Part shown: positions 63,922 through 64,000 of the stretch, one piece after another
Position numbering within the stretch: the first letter of the stretch is position 1
Layout: every line of letters starts with the position of its first letter
Assembly: GCA_001949185.1 (NCBI GenBank)
Contig: BDGG01000003.1
Coordinates: forward strand, 927,686 to 991,685
Length of the DNA stretch: 64,000 bases
Direction: 5' to 3'
Origin: Ramazzottius varieornatus
Lineage: Eukaryota; Animalia; Tardigrada
Program-made: the position numbers and the translations under genes
The notes under the pieces: model-generated
The model's database searches: none
Told to the model about the DNA's origin: nothing
Seen by the model: the letters and a program-made list of their open reading frames with translations, nothing else

Positions 63922-64000
63922 TATATAGCTGAATAAGTGCAAAAATTGTCCGGTGGTGTACTATAGCTGAACTGTTGTAGTACACGTGCCTGGCCTAAAT

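Overview
Eukaryotic genomic DNA from a compact invertebrate genome with short GT-AG introns. Gene content is ecdysozoan-like and the style resembles a tardigrade such as Ramazzottius; this is inference and the organism cannot be proven from the window. Splicing by hand gives about 14 host genes: a Gly/Arg/Asp-rich secreted precursor, a Ly6/three-finger domain fused to a ~550-aa Ser/Lys-rich tail, a soluble acetylcholine-binding-protein (AChBP)-like gene, a catalytically dead astacin, COQ3-like methyltransferase, a small Cys-containing secreted peptide, a Tc1-type DNA-binding protein without a catalytic domain, ESF1, an ankyrin/SOCS-box gene with a truncated paralogue, POMT1, a WAP protein, a clan-2 cytochrome P450, a CBM14 chitin-binding protein and a GPI-type two-CUB protein. 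Mobile DNA includes a degenerate Ngaro/DIRS-type tyrosine-recombinase retrotransposon, a hAT element with TSD, two non-autonomous hAT elements, several TA-flanked MITEs and a piggyBac. The piggyBac has an intact intron-containing transposase, a second spliced ORF and an interrupted right TIR. The strongest novelty candidate is the 6.5-13.7 kb block: a secreted nAChR-alpha-type ligand-binding domain with a full agonist site but no Cys-loop disulfide and no membrane domain, head-to-head with a dead astacin and next to a Ly6 protein.
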